Shown: positions 19,395 to 28,587 of the stretch, one piece after another
Layout of the letters: every line of letters starts with the position of its first letter
How positions within the stretch are numbered: the first letter of the stretch is position 1
Assembly (NCBI GenBank): GCA_043797125.1
Contig: JAZDPX010000006.1
Location: forward strand, 6,921 to 70,920
Length of the DNA stretch: 64,000 nt
Origin: Candidatus Omnitrophota bacterium
Lineage (GTDB): Bacteria; Omnitrophota; Gorgyraeia; JABMRG01; JAFGKX01
Reading direction: 5' to 3'
The notes under the pieces: generated by a model
What the model saw: only the letters and a program-made list of their open reading frames with translations
The model's database searches: none
Told to the model about the DNA's origin: nothing
Made by a program: the position numbers and the translations under genes

Positions 19395-20370
19395 TAATCC
19401 TTATGCTGACATCGAGCAAAAATACATCCGGCGTTGGTGTATAATGCCGGCGTAACCTAATCCAGTCCTTTGTTGTTGTTATTATTGCGTCTGAGTTTGA
19501 ATCTTTGGCTCTTGCCTTAATTATTTCTACATCGCGCGCAGTATATTTATGGTGATCGGGATATTCAATTTTATCTGTTACCCGCGCATTTAAACTAAAA
19601 AGCATTTTAAAGAAAGAATCGTTATCGCCGACAGATGCGACAGCGCACAATCTTTTGCCTGATATATGGCTTAAATCAAATCTTTTATCCTCAAGCGGGG
19701 CAATTATTGAAACTGCCTTGTACTGCGCCTGGAAAACCTCCGCTTTGGGCGCTACTTTAGCGATGACATCTTTTGCGTACTGAATATTTTCCTTATCAGC
19801 CAGGTTAATCTTGGTAATCAGGATTATATCTGCCCTTGCAAGCGCGGATAGAGGCTCTCTTAATATCCCGGCGGGTATTAATCTTTCGTTGCCAAACGGG
19901 TTATTCGCATTTACTGTCACTATGTCCAGGTCTCTTTTTAATCGCCAGTGCTGAAATCCGTCGTCGAGAATTAATACGTCTGCGCCATGTCTGCCTTCTG
20001 CTTCCTTGGCGTTCGTTACGCGGTTTTTACCCGATAAAACCAGGGCATTGGCAAATTCTTTTAACATTCTATCTTCATCATCTCCGTAGCCCCTTATTAA
20101 AATTGCCGGCCTTTTGCCTTTTGCGCGCAGAAAATTATTCAAAAATATCGAAAGGCTGCTCTTGCCTGTGCCTCCCCATGTGATATTTCCCACGCTTATC
20201 ACTTTTGCCCTGGGCCTTGCGGATTTTAACAGGCCCAATCGAAAAAAAAGCTTAATAAACTCTATTGAGCCAAGGTAGACAAAAGAAAAAATTAATAAAA
20301 GCGGAGCCAGCAACACGTAAAAGTGCGAATAATTTGCTTTTGTCAGTAAGGAATAAATGAATTTTCTCAT
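19345..20370 (-). CDS. lpxK: Tetraacyldisaccharide 4'-kinase
   Basis: 341 aa. P-loop VGNITWGGTGKSS matches the LpxK GNxxVGGTGKT signature. N-terminal membrane anchor. Sits in the waaA-lpxK operon context. Confidence 0.8.
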   Translation of the reverse strand: MRKFIYSLLTKANYSHFYVLLAPLLLIFSFVYLGSIEFIKLFFRLGLLKSARPRAKVISVGNITWGGTGKSSLSIFLNNFLRAKGKRPAILIRGYGDDEDRMLKEFANALVLSGKNRVTNAKEAEGRHGADVLILDDGFQHWRLKRDLDIVTVNANNPFGNERLIPAGILREPLSALARADIILITKINLADKENIQYAKDVIAKVAPKAEVFQAQYKAVSIIAPLEDKRFDLSHISGKRLCAVASVGDNDSFFKMLFSLNARVTDKIEYPDHHKYTARDVEIIKARAKDSNSDAIITTTKDWIRLRRHYTPTPDVFLLDVSIRIIDEEKFFNRISSLLAF

Positions 20371-20377
20371 GGTTTTT

Positions 20378-20500
20378 GCGCAGATTAGAAGTCACAGATG
20401 ATCGCAGATTAGAAGAAACAGATGATCGCAGATTTTAACCAAAGTAAACATCTGTGATCATCTTGCATCCTTTAATCTGTGATCATCTGCGTAAAAAATT
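20378..20500. repeat. REP-like palindromic intergenic element, family C copy 1 (between waaA and lpxK)
   Basis: Left half cagattagaag.acagatgatcgcagat x2; right half atctgtgatcatct x2 (inverse). Family members also at 31845-31936, 40112-40212 and 41885-41975. Confidence 0.65.
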
Positions 20501-20550
20501 TATTTTACGATAAGTAAATAATTTCGTGATGGCTAATTATAACACATAGT

Positions 20551-21831
20551 CTAAGAATGTAAAATAGTTTTTATAATATTAAGTGTTTTATTCGCGGCGC
20601 CCTGGTTTGCATAAACTGTCATTTTGGCCAAATGGCCGGTCTGTTTCGCTAATGCCTCGTTTTCATAAAGCATTTCTATGGCGCCCAGTAAGGAAGGCTG
20701 GTCTTTTACAAGGAAGGCCCCCTCTTTATCTAGGAGGAGGTTTGCTATATCTTCAAAATTCGACGTATACGGCCCAAAAAGAATACATTTGCCTAAAGAT
20801 GCCGGCTCTATCATATTTTGTCCGCCGTGTTTTATCAGGCTTCCTCCTACAAATACGAGCCATGCCAGACTGTAGAAAAGTTTGAGCTGGCCTATTGAGT
20901 CTAGTAAAAACACGGGACTGCTGTGGGCTGTGGGCTGGGGGCTGTGGGCTAATTCAGAAATTTTTACCGGAGTAAATCCATAGGATTTCACCAGTTTTAC
21001 CAGACTATCAGTACGCTCGATATGGCGGGGTGCGATTAAAAGAGATAGATCGTTATGCCTTTTTCCAAGTTCTTTATACGATTCAAGCAGAATCTGTTCT
21101 TCGCCCGGATGGGTGCTGCCCGCGACAATGAGTTTTTTCCCGCCGATGTTTAAGGCCTCGCGCATCTTTTGATTCTGGGCGTGGTCAACGCGGGAATCCA
21201 CGCTGTCAAATTTAATATTTCCGAAAATCTTGATTCTATCCGCGTCAGCGCCCAAAGAGGCTAATCTTCGCGCGTCTTCTTGCGTCCTGACCAAAAATAC
21301 GGTTACGCGGTTTAATATGCTTTTTAAAATAGGCTTTACGAACATATACCGTTTGTATGAATTCTGCGAAATTCTGCCGTTTGATAAAATTACCGGTATG
21401 TTACTTTTATGCAGTATCCTGATTAAATTCGGCCATATTTCGGTTTCAATTATTATAAAAATATGCGGATTTATCTGCCTTATAGCCCGTCTTACGCAGA
21501 ATGAGAAATCAAGCGGCATATAAATAACGGTTGTGTCAGCGGGCATTATTGTTTTGGCGAGATTATTGCCTGTCTCTGTTACTGTGGATATTACTATATT
21601 AAAATTTAAGTCTTTCTTAACGCTGTCCACAAGCGTTTTCGCGAGCATAACCTCGCCGACACTTACCGCGTGTACCCATATATTGCGCCCGGCCTCGAGT
21701 TTCTGTTTTACCTCATCCGGATACACCCCAAAGCGCATAGGTATCCCTTGCCTCTTTCGCCTCTTAAACGCAAAGACTGTGAGATAGAAGAGAATGAATA
21801 TTGAATATAATATTTGATAGATTATGTACAT
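20551..21831 (-). CDS. waaA: 3-deoxy-D-manno-octulosonic acid (Kdo) transferase
   Basis: 426 aa. N-terminal TM, then IWVHAVSVGEVMLAKTLVD (KdtA W-x-H-A-x-S-x-G-E signature). Carries the in-frame microsatellite insertion AHSPQPTAHSS. Confidence 0.85.
   Translation of the reverse strand: MYIIYQILYSIFILFYLTVFAFKRRKRQGIPMRFGVYPDEVKQKLEAGRNIWVHAVSVGEVMLAKTLVDSVKKDLNFNIVISTVTETGNNLAKTIMPADTTVIYMPLDFSFCVRRAIRQINPHIFIIIETEIWPNLIRILHKSNIPVILSNGRISQNSYKRYMFVKPILKSILNRVTVFLVRTQEDARRLASLGADADRIKIFGNIKFDSVDSRVDHAQNQKMREALNIGGKKLIVAGSTHPGEEQILLESYKELGKRHNDLSLLIAPRHIERTDSLVKLVKSYGFTPVKISELAHSPQPTAHSSPVFLLDSIGQLKLFYSLAWLVFVGGSLIKHGGQNMIEPASLGKCILFGPYTSNFEDIANLLLDKEGAFLVKDQPSLLGAIEMLYENEALAKQTGHLAKMTVYANQGAANKTLNIIKTILHS
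20918..20952. repeat. 7-bp-unit tandem repeat (GCTGTGG x4) inside waaA
   Basis: gctgtgg gctgtgg gctgggg gctgtgg read directly. Encodes AHSPQPTAHS in frame. Confidence 0.7.
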
Positions 21832-21891
21832 GTTGAAAATTAAAAATTTAAAAGTAAAAAGTAAAAATTACAATTCAAAATTAAAAATTGT

Positions 21892-21924
21892 TTCTGACCT
21901 GGCAATTTCTGACCTGGTCAGAGT
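21892..21924. promoter_or_regulatory. Direct repeat TTTCTGACCTGG x2 (second copy palindromic, ctgacctggtcag) in the waaA upstream region, preceded by phased A-tracts
   Basis: gtttctgacctggcaatttctgacctggtcagag. A related motif with covarying palindrome ctaaccaggttag lies at 24944-24971. Candidate regulator-binding site; function not established. Confidence 0.3.
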
Positions 21925-22019
21925 ATCATTTGCGCCTTTATATATTACTCTTTAAGGCAAGATTTGCAACAAAAAAACAGAATTAGTTAAAATCACAGGT
22001 TAAGTCTGTGGGTTAATGA

Positions 22020-22071
22020 GTACGCTTCTATTTCCGCCGTCGGTTTTGCTTATCGGAAAATAGAAACGTAC
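22020..22071. repeat. Terminator-like hairpin element, family D copy 1 (3' of gene 22109-23071)
   Basis: gtacgcttctatttcc...ggaaaatagaaacgtac followed by cccttttt. Copies at 23184-23240 and, degenerate, at 26471-26545. Confidence 0.6.
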
Positions 22072-22108
22072 CCTTTTTATTTAAGTGGATGGGGAGGTAG
22101 GCGGGGTT

Positions 22109-23071
22109 TTAGGCAGCGGAATTAATCATATTTTGTATAGGGCTCTCTATAAAAAAGCTTGCGATATATTCTACTTTTATTCCGGTATCTTTTGGGCTAT
22201 CCGTTACAATTCTGTTCTCCTTGCAATATGTATTTTCACCAAGAGCCTCCTGTATAATCAACATGCCGGGAACATTAAGGGCATATTCAATTTGTTTGGC
22301 AAAATCCGCTGCTTTGTACGCTGAGATCTTACCGCCTCTTATAACCCAGGTATTACGCCAAACATTAATATGTGACCGGATAATATATATCATAGGCCCC
22401 CAGCACTTTTCATTTGTAATATCTCCGTAGAAAAAGTTATAGGTTGTTTGACCGCGCCATGGTTCAGGAAGATTGTCTACAAATTTCTTTAACCGTAGCG
22501 GAGACTCTTTCAACACCTTTGCATTAATATCAAACGCAACGATGTCTATATGTATTTTCTTGTTTGATTTTGTCGAAAAATTTATGATGGTATTCACTAC
22601 GTTCTTTATTTCATCACACCTTCTTCCCACGCCAAAGGTCTTGATGGTGACTTTGTCTTTTTTAGAATCAACGATAAGGCAAATGGTCTTTTCGATCGCT
22701 TTTATTTGCTCTTTATCAAACGGACAATTTGTCTGAGGAGTACTTGCCAAAAAGCATTTCTTAATAAGCTCCAACAAAAATATGTCATCCATATAGGTAT
22801 ATGGTAAAAACCATCTGGCTTTTTCTCCGATTTCCATATCAGATGTAATATGCAACGTAAAATGTCGGGAGAGCTCTTGTTCCGCAATTGTTATCAGGTT
22901 TTCCAAGTGCGTTGTATCTGCTGAAAGAATTTCTTCCGTCGATAAGATGCCTTCTTGGTCTGTGGTAGCCATCGGCCGCAGGGCGTAAGAGTGCGAAGCG
23001 TTAAGCGGTAAGGCCACTGCAATCGCTATTATTATCGCTATTATATTCCTCATGAATTTTCCATTGACCAT
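22109..23071 (-). CDS. Secreted hypothetical protein (signal peptide; Rossmann-like G-rich loop); paralog of 23261-24625
   Basis: 320 aa. Signal peptide MRNIIAIIIAIAVALPLNASHSYA. C-terminus ...IASFFIESPIQNMINSAA aligns with ...RAWYIEHPLLTEIAFNSAA of the neighbouring gene. Both share the same 3' hairpin element. Confidence 0.5.
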   Translation of the reverse strand: MVNGKFMRNIIAIIIAIAVALPLNASHSYALRPMATTDQEGILSTEEILSADTTHLENLITIAEQELSRHFTLHITSDMEIGEKARWFLPYTYMDDIFLLELIKKCFLASTPQTNCPFDKEQIKAIEKTICLIVDSKKDKVTIKTFGVGRRCDEIKNVVNTIINFSTKSNKKIHIDIVAFDINAKVLKESPLRLKKFVDNLPEPWRGQTTYNFFYGDITNEKCWGPMIYIIRSHINVWRNTWVIRGGKISAYKAADFAKQIEYALNVPGMLIIQEALGENTYCKENRIVTDSPKDTGIKVEYIASFFIESPIQNMINSAA

Positions 23072-23149
23072 TGACTATCTTTTAATCACCATTGATTAAA
23101 TGTTTTAATTTAGCCGAAAATAAATCATCCCGAATGTAGAAGCTTCGCA

Positions 23150-23169
23150 CCTGCCTGCCGGCAGGCAGG
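23150..23169. promoter_or_regulatory. Perfect 20-bp GC-rich palindrome CCTGCCTGCCGGCAGGCAGG upstream of gene 22109-23071
   Basis: Read directly; perfectly self-complementary. Sits in otherwise AT-rich intergenic DNA. Candidate operator or hairpin. Confidence 0.35.
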
Positions 23170-23183
23170 AGTATTGAGTAGTG

Positions 23184-23240
23184 CGTACCGCTTCTATTTC
23201 CGCCGTCGGTTTTGCTTATCGGAAAATAGAACCGCCCCCT
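23184..23240. repeat. Terminator-like hairpin element, family D copy 2 (3' of gene 23261-24625)
   Basis: gtgcgtaccgcttctatttccgccgtcggttttgcttatcggaaaatagaaccgccccctttt. The central 40 nt are identical to copy 1. Confidence 0.6.
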
Positions 23241-23260
23241 TTTCACGTTTTCATTCAAGC

Positions 23261-24625
23261 TTATGCTGCTGAGTTGAAAGCTATTTCGGTTAGCAGGGGA
23301 TGCTCAATATACCAAGCACGCGCATATCCTACTATTCTATTGCGTATGAAAAGCTGTGTAAGTTCATCGCGATACTGCTTATCTTCCATGGCTTCAATTG
23401 TATCAAACAACGCATGGAGGACATGTATGCCCCTGTTGCTTATAACAAAACGGGATAAACGAAACAAATCCCTATCATAAATTAAGCTAAACATCTCGAA
23501 TACGAGCTCCATCACCGATTCATCCGCAATGTCGAACCAAACATTATCGGATACGGCGTTAGGATATTTTTCGGCCAACTTTACAAATTCTTTATAGCTG
23601 ATTTTTGTCAATATTATTATCGGTTTTCTATGCTTTGCCGCTTCGGCAAGAAAACCTGTTGTTTCTCCGCCTGGTTCTGATGAATGCGATGGTAGGCTTA
23701 CTAACCTATAAGTAGTTGTTTTATATGGCACTTTTATATCTTTTTCCATCTCTTCCTGTATTTTGCCTGTTTGTTCAAATTTTGGAAATTTAAAACCGGG
23801 AATTTTTACGATTTTTAACATATTGCCCCTACTAAGAAGGCTGACACCGGGCATATCAAGGCTATCGATGTATTTCGTCGCTTCTTCAGGTGCGCCATCG
23901 TGTATTATATTGGTCCTTCCCAAATCAGAATATATAACGCCGTATGTCTTGGTTACGCGTATTGTCTCTTCCAGCGCCGGTATTTTCTTTCCAATATACA
24001 GCGATACCGAATGGCAATAAAAAGCTATATCATATGTGCCATCCGGCATTGGAAGCTTATCATCCATATCCTGCCTTAGGTATCTTTTGTTTTTTCTTAA
24101 TCTATCTATATAGGATTGCGCCTGTTTAAGAGTAATTGCTCTGTTGCCTGTTTTTTTGAAAAAATCTGCTGATTTGTCTGCAGATCTGCATAATAAATCT
24201 TCCAGCGATGTAGCCGTAATATCTATGTTATCGCCATATCTTTGCATAAGCGAAAATGCTTCGAAGCCGCCGCCAATGCCTATTAATAATATTTTGATCG
24301 GGGTTCCGTTAGCATGCCTAATCATTAATTCTATCTCTTCGCATAAATTATACATACCCCTGTGCCCATAGCCGAATCCGCTGTTATTAGTCCTGTCTTC
24401 TGTGTATGGATTATCTGTTATCGGCTCAGGCGTTTCAGGCCAAAATGCAGCCTTTTGAGCATATGAATTGTCTACGGATACAGGGCGTAATCCTACTGCA
24501 TTTTGCGGCGTAATTAACACAGCCGTTATCGTTATTGCCAGTAGTTTCTTCAACATTATCTTTCTATCACCTTTAACAAAATGCCTTAAAAAAGCCGAAA
24601 ATGAAACAAGCCCCTGGCTGCGCAT
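23261..24625 (-). CDS. Secreted hypothetical protein with a class-I-methyltransferase-like (Rossmann) motif; paralog of 22109-23071
   Basis: 454 aa. Likely true start MLKKLLAITITAVLITPQNAVGL (signal peptide). KILLIGIGGGFEAFSL resembles SAM-MTase motif I. C-terminal ...EIAFNSAA is shared with the neighbouring gene. Confidence 0.45.
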   Translation of the reverse strand: MRSQGLVSFSAFLRHFVKGDRKIMLKKLLAITITAVLITPQNAVGLRPVSVDNSYAQKAAFWPETPEPITDNPYTEDRTNNSGFGYGHRGMYNLCEEIELMIRHANGTPIKILLIGIGGGFEAFSLMQRYGDNIDITATSLEDLLCRSADKSADFFKKTGNRAITLKQAQSYIDRLRKNKRYLRQDMDDKLPMPDGTYDIAFYCHSVSLYIGKKIPALEETIRVTKTYGVIYSDLGRTNIIHDGAPEEATKYIDSLDMPGVSLLSRGNMLKIVKIPGFKFPKFEQTGKIQEEMEKDIKVPYKTTTYRLVSLPSHSSEPGGETTGFLAEAAKHRKPIIILTKISYKEFVKLAEKYPNAVSDNVWFDIADESVMELVFEMFSLIYDRDLFRLSRFVISNRGIHVLHALFDTIEAMEDKQYRDELTQLFIRNRIVGYARAWYIEHPLLTEIAFNSAA

Positions 24626-25068
24626 ACAGCCAAGAGCTTGCCCTTTTCATTTTCTAAATTGTAATATTATTATAACACAAATATTAGGAATTTCAAGGGA
24701 AATCGGACGCTCGAGTAGAACGCTCGAGATTAGTTATGAGTATTGAGTAGTGCTTAACAGAGGTCACAAGTTAGTCGATAGTCAATGGTCGATGGTCTAT
24801 AGTCACCCGTAGGCTATGTGCTATGGGCTGTGGGCTCTCGGACAGGCCAAAACGGGGCGTCCCTAATCAGACATGCTGGCGATTCGTTGTGCGTCGTGCG
24901 TATTGCGTTGTGCGTATTAAAAACGTCAATCCCAATTCCTAATCTGGCAATTCTAACCAGGTTAGAGTACCGTCAAAGCACCATTAGAATATCATTGGAC
25001 AGGTTACCGATTGGCTGCGTAAACGGTACGTACTCGTACTCGCTCGCGCACACTTATGATATTTATAT

Positions 25069-26388
25069 CTAGCATGACCTAATACTTACTTCTTTTCCAA
25101 GCATTTCCTTTTCGTTTTCAGTCCATAGACCAGTAAATTGAAGCTCAAATTTTTGCAGTATAGGTCTAGCATTAAAAGCCGCTACTTTTATCTCCAAAAT
25201 ATATTCTCCTGGTTCAATTAAATAGCCTTTATTATTCGACTTAACGATTTGTTCAAAACTAAATAGTGCCTTCCCTATATCCTCAACATCTTTGTTTTCT
25301 GCATCAATTAGCTGTCTTTTCTGCGGATCAAGAATATGCCCTAAATCACAATGTTTGTACATTGCCGGCGCAATTGCTGGAAAATACATTCCTCCGACAT
25401 ACGCCCAGACAAAATTCATTGGCAAAAAAAGTTCAACTGGTATTAGTTTTCCATTTTTACGTCTCTTTAAGGATTTGGCAAATACTTCTACTTTTTCTGC
25501 AACCGAGTTGCCATAATTCTCTATCCTAAACCTAAAATAAAAACCGTTGCAAATGTGTTTGCCATTTTCCCTATTTGTTACAGGTATCCTATGGCAATCC
25601 GGAGGGCTAAGAAAAATGTGAGCTTTTAGCTTGGGCCTGCTAACGTAAGAACGCATTTTATCTTGAAAAATTGCAATAGAAGCTAAAATTAGCGTTCCTA
25701 TAAAGCCGAGCACCTCACCAATTGTAATTGGTGTTAAACTAATAAACTTAGATACCATTTTTTCCTCCTTAGGGGGAATTTTTCCTAATGCAAATTCAGG
25801 AATATTTCTTGTTCGTAATGCATTGAATATTTTTGTAAAAAATTCGGGGTACATGGTTTGCGAAGAAGTAACCCAACTTTTATTTTCCTTATCATATTGA
25901 AAAACACCTTCATATATGTGCTTTGGGAAAAATGGGAAAAGTTTAAACTGCGGATATTTAAAATATATTGAAAGAAATATAAAATCTAATTCTTCAATTT
26001 TTTTAAAATCTACAGGATACATCAAAATTAAACCTGCAGAAGATTTGCCTGTGGGATAAAAAATGACACTTTGTCTCGTGTTCATAGAATTAGCACTAAT
26101 AACCTTTTCTTTCGAAGTTTTTTGCACCGACGGTTCCGCGTTTGATGTAATAATAAAGCCGCCTTCGACACAATATGCAGGTATGTTCCCAGTGTTTTGG
26201 ACATAAAAATATATTTTATCAGGACCACTAATAACTCTGCTTACATATAAAATTGGGGAAAACTGGAGAAGCAAGATAATAAACGAAATCCCCGCTGGCA
26301 ACCCCCATTTTACTAACACTTCTAGAAGTTTTCTTACTTTTTTATACCAAATTTTCTTAATAATATTTTTAAGATTCAAAGATAACAT
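25069..26388 (-). CDS. Hypothetical membrane protein (2 predicted TM segments)
   Basis: 439 aa. No recognisable motif. TM segments around aa 25-50 and 215-240. Long uninterrupted ORF inside the island. Confidence 0.45.
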   Translation of the reverse strand: MLSLNLKNIIKKIWYKKVRKLLEVLVKWGLPAGISFIILLLQFSPILYVSRVISGPDKIYFYVQNTGNIPAYCVEGGFIITSNAEPSVQKTSKEKVISANSMNTRQSVIFYPTGKSSAGLILMYPVDFKKIEELDFIFLSIYFKYPQFKLFPFFPKHIYEGVFQYDKENKSWVTSSQTMYPEFFTKIFNALRTRNIPEFALGKIPPKEEKMVSKFISLTPITIGEVLGFIGTLILASIAIFQDKMRSYVSRPKLKAHIFLSPPDCHRIPVTNRENGKHICNGFYFRFRIENYGNSVAEKVEVFAKSLKRRKNGKLIPVELFLPMNFVWAYVGGMYFPAIAPAMYKHCDLGHILDPQKRQLIDAENKDVEDIGKALFSFEQIVKSNNKGYLIEPGEYILEIKVAAFNARPILQKFELQFTGLWTENEKEMLGKEVSIRSC

Positions 26389-26470
26389 TTTATCTCACTG
26401 TTCATTTAAAAATACATGATTCGTGGCACGCTTCTATTTAGCAAAGGTTCATAATTTTAAATGGTAGCTG

Positions 26471-26545
26471 TCTAATTAATATGTACGCTTCTATTTTTGG
26501 CTTGCTTTTAATTTTCAAAAAACAGAAACGTACCCTTTACTGCTT
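26471..26545. repeat. Degenerate family D hairpin (3' of gene 26554-27327)
   Basis: atgtacgcttctatttttggcttgcttttaattttcaaaaaacagaaacgtaccc. Arms gtacgcttctattt / aaaacagaaacgtac. Confidence 0.45.
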
Positions 26546-26553
26546 TTCGTCAG

Positions 26554-27327
26554 TTAAATTCTGCTGTATCTACCTTTGCCAAAAAATCTCAAATAACCTT
26601 TGTCTCTCAAAAATTGTAACTGTTGCCGTATTTTGTCTTTAATGTGCTTATTATTAGGATGTTTTTCTTGTAAAATTTTTTCGAACGAGTAAACTTCATC
26701 AAGGTTAAATTCTTGTTTGTCAAGCCTATCAACACAATTCATAACATCCAAAATCCACCCTTTTGTCGTAGCCTCTTTCTCTTCTCTTAAAAATAATGTT
26801 TTCTTCCAGTTTATCAGTATTTCGTTTTTGGGTTCAATCTGTCTATCCTTAATATAAAAAATTTTGCCTGACGGCGGAATATCTTGCAACGAAATATTAC
26901 AACCAACCCAGCCAAACCGTCTTGCCAGCCGCGAAAGAGGCTTTCTTTTCTCAATTATTTCTGGAACAAAGAAATGTTTTGGGATCACGAAAAAATTTAT
27001 AACTTCGAAATTTTTTAGATTATAATTTAGCAGAAAAAGATTAGGATTATTATAGCTTTGCAAGCGTTCAATCATTGTTTTATAAGCGCCATCAACAATC
27101 TTACTGCCTATATGATCTTTTTTGCTCTTCAATTCGTATTCTTCCTTGCAATCCATGCAGTAAAAATCAGCAACTGGCCTATTGTGTTCATATCGACAAA
27201 CACAGCGTCCGCAAGCTGGGCAAAAAACTTCTTTACCAACCCAATCTTCGCTTAAAACTCTTATCTTTTGCGAAGCGCTTTTATATGCCGCTGCCACATG
27301 CTTATTTAAATTAATATTCATATTCAA
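26554..27327 (-). CDS. Hypothetical Zn-ribbon plus C-terminal winged-helix protein (possible restriction-type nuclease or DNA-binding protein)
   Basis: 257 aa. CPACGRCVCRY...CMDCKEEY gives two Cys pairs. The C-terminus KIRQQLQFLRDKGYLRFFGKGRYSRI looks like a winged helix. Possible PD-(D/E)xK-like residues (IVDGAY ... FEVINFFVIPK) are not confidently assignable. Confidence 0.4.
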   Translation of the reverse strand: MNMNINLNKHVAAAYKSASQKIRVLSEDWVGKEVFCPACGRCVCRYEHNRPVADFYCMDCKEEYELKSKKDHIGSKIVDGAYKTMIERLQSYNNPNLFLLNYNLKNFEVINFFVIPKHFFVPEIIEKRKPLSRLARRFGWVGCNISLQDIPPSGKIFYIKDRQIEPKNEILINWKKTLFLREEKEATTKGWILDVMNCVDRLDKQEFNLDEVYSFEKILQEKHPNNKHIKDKIRQQLQFLRDKGYLRFFGKGRYSRI

Positions 27328-27514
27328 CAGCTTTCGCCAAGCGTTTCATAACTCTAAAAATATGTTTTTTGCAATATCCGCTTTCTTGATAGTGCCTCTT
27401 TTCGTCACGCCAAAGGTAGCTTAAAAGAATGTTTATATCCTGTTTTATTTTTTTATTTAACATACAAATTTCCTTTCTAGTGAGGTTTTTGCAGTGTGAG
27501 GTACGTCACTGGAA

Positions 27515-27712
27515 GCCTTTGTGTGCGTTGCCGGAGCGACTGTGCTGAGTGAGGCTTTCGCAATGCGAGGTGCATTAGAAATTTTTTTCCAAATGTCTTT
27601 TTAGAACTTACGACGAGGGAACGGCTAAGTTTAGATGTTTGGGAAAGTGACCGAGTCGTAAGTTCAAAAAGACGGAAAAAAATTTCAGCACCGAGCATGC
27701 GAAAGCCGAACC
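27515..27712. repeat. MITE-like long-hairpin element, family B copy 2 (abuts the xerC stop codon)
   Basis: cctttgtgtgcgttgccgg ... gcattagaaatttttttccaaatgtctttttagaacttacgacgagg ... tcgtaagttcaaaaagacggaaaaaaatttcagcaccgagcatgcgaaagccgaaccc. Homologous to 12997-13262. ORF 27477-27698(-) lies within it and is rejected. Confidence 0.6.
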
Positions 27713-28579
27713 CTACGCCCTCGGGTGCACCTTATCATAAACCTCTTTTAATCTCTCTGTCGTAACATGCGTGTATATCTGCGTTGTCGATAAACTGGAA
27801 TGCCCCAGAAGCTCCTGCACGGAACGCAGGTCCGCGCCCCTGTTTAAAAGATGAGTCGCGAATGAATGCCTCAAGGTGTGAGGCGAGATATTTTCTTTTT
27901 TACAGGTCATTGCGATATATTTGTTAACTATCCGCCTTATTGTGCGGTCTGTCAGCCTTTTACCTTTTTTATTAAGGAACAGCTCTTTCTTGGATGAAAA
28001 CTCATTTTTTAGTTTATCCCGGTATCTTTTTACAGCCAACAGGGCCTTACTGCCTATCGGCACAATTCTTTCCTTTTTGCCTTTTCCGCGCAGCTTCACA
28101 ACCTCACCGACAAAGTCAATATTGTCGATATCTAAGCTGGTCAGCTCCGAAACCCTCATGCCTGAACTGTAAAGAGTTTCCAATACAGCCTTGTTTCTTA
28201 AGCCGGTCAGGTCGCCGGCAGGGGTATCCAACAACCTGGACACCTCGCCTTCTTCTAAAAATGCCGGAAGCTTTTTATCCTTTTTTGGACTGGAAATGCC
28301 GGAGACCGGATTTACCTTAATATATCCTTCCCTCATTAAAAATCTAAAAAAACTTCTTAAGCAGGATATCTTTCTTGCGACAGAGGCCTTGTCCAGATTC
28401 ATGGTGCGAAGGTGCGCAAGGAATTTTCTTATGACAAGATGGTCGACCTCTTCGATTTTTTTCTCGCCAAGGAATTGAGCAAACGCATATAGGTCAATAT
28501 TATAATTTCTTATAGTATGCGGCGAGGCTTCCCTCTCAATCTGCAGGTATCTTATAAATTTATCGATATAGCGTTTCAT
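27713..28579 (-). CDS. xerC: Tyrosine site-specific recombinase (XerC/XerD family)
   Basis: 288 aa. C-terminal [39 protein letters not shown] carries the R-H-R-Y catalytic residues. XerC vs XerD cannot be told apart from sequence alone. Confidence 0.8.
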   Translation of the reverse strand: MKRYIDKFIRYLQIEREASPHTIRNYNIDLYAFAQFLGEKKIEEVDHLVIRKFLAHLRTMNLDKASVARKISCLRSFFRFLMREGYIKVNPVSGISSPKKDKKLPAFLEEGEVSRLLDTPAGDLTGLRNKAVLETLYSSGMRVSELTSLDIDNIDFVGEVVKLRGKGKKERIVPIGSKALLAVKRYRDKLKNEFSSKKELFLNKKGKRLTDRTIRRIVNKYIAMTCKKENISPHTLRHSFATHLLNRGADLRSVQELLGHSSLSTTQIYTHVTTERLKEVYDKVHPRA

Positions 28580-28587
28580 GCGCCGGC

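Noticed and set aside
22109-27327. Island genes considered as a prophage remnant
   Set aside because: No capsid, terminase, integrase or repressor-like proteins. The adjacent xerC sits in the conserved dprA-topA-xerC housekeeping context, so an integrated-phage interpretation is not supported.
27515-27712. Family B element abutting xerC considered as a dif site
   Set aside because: No resemblance to the 28-bp dif consensus (XerC/XerD half-sites around a 6-bp spacer). The element is about 200 bp and recurs at two other loci, so it is a dispersed repeat, not a unique terminus site.
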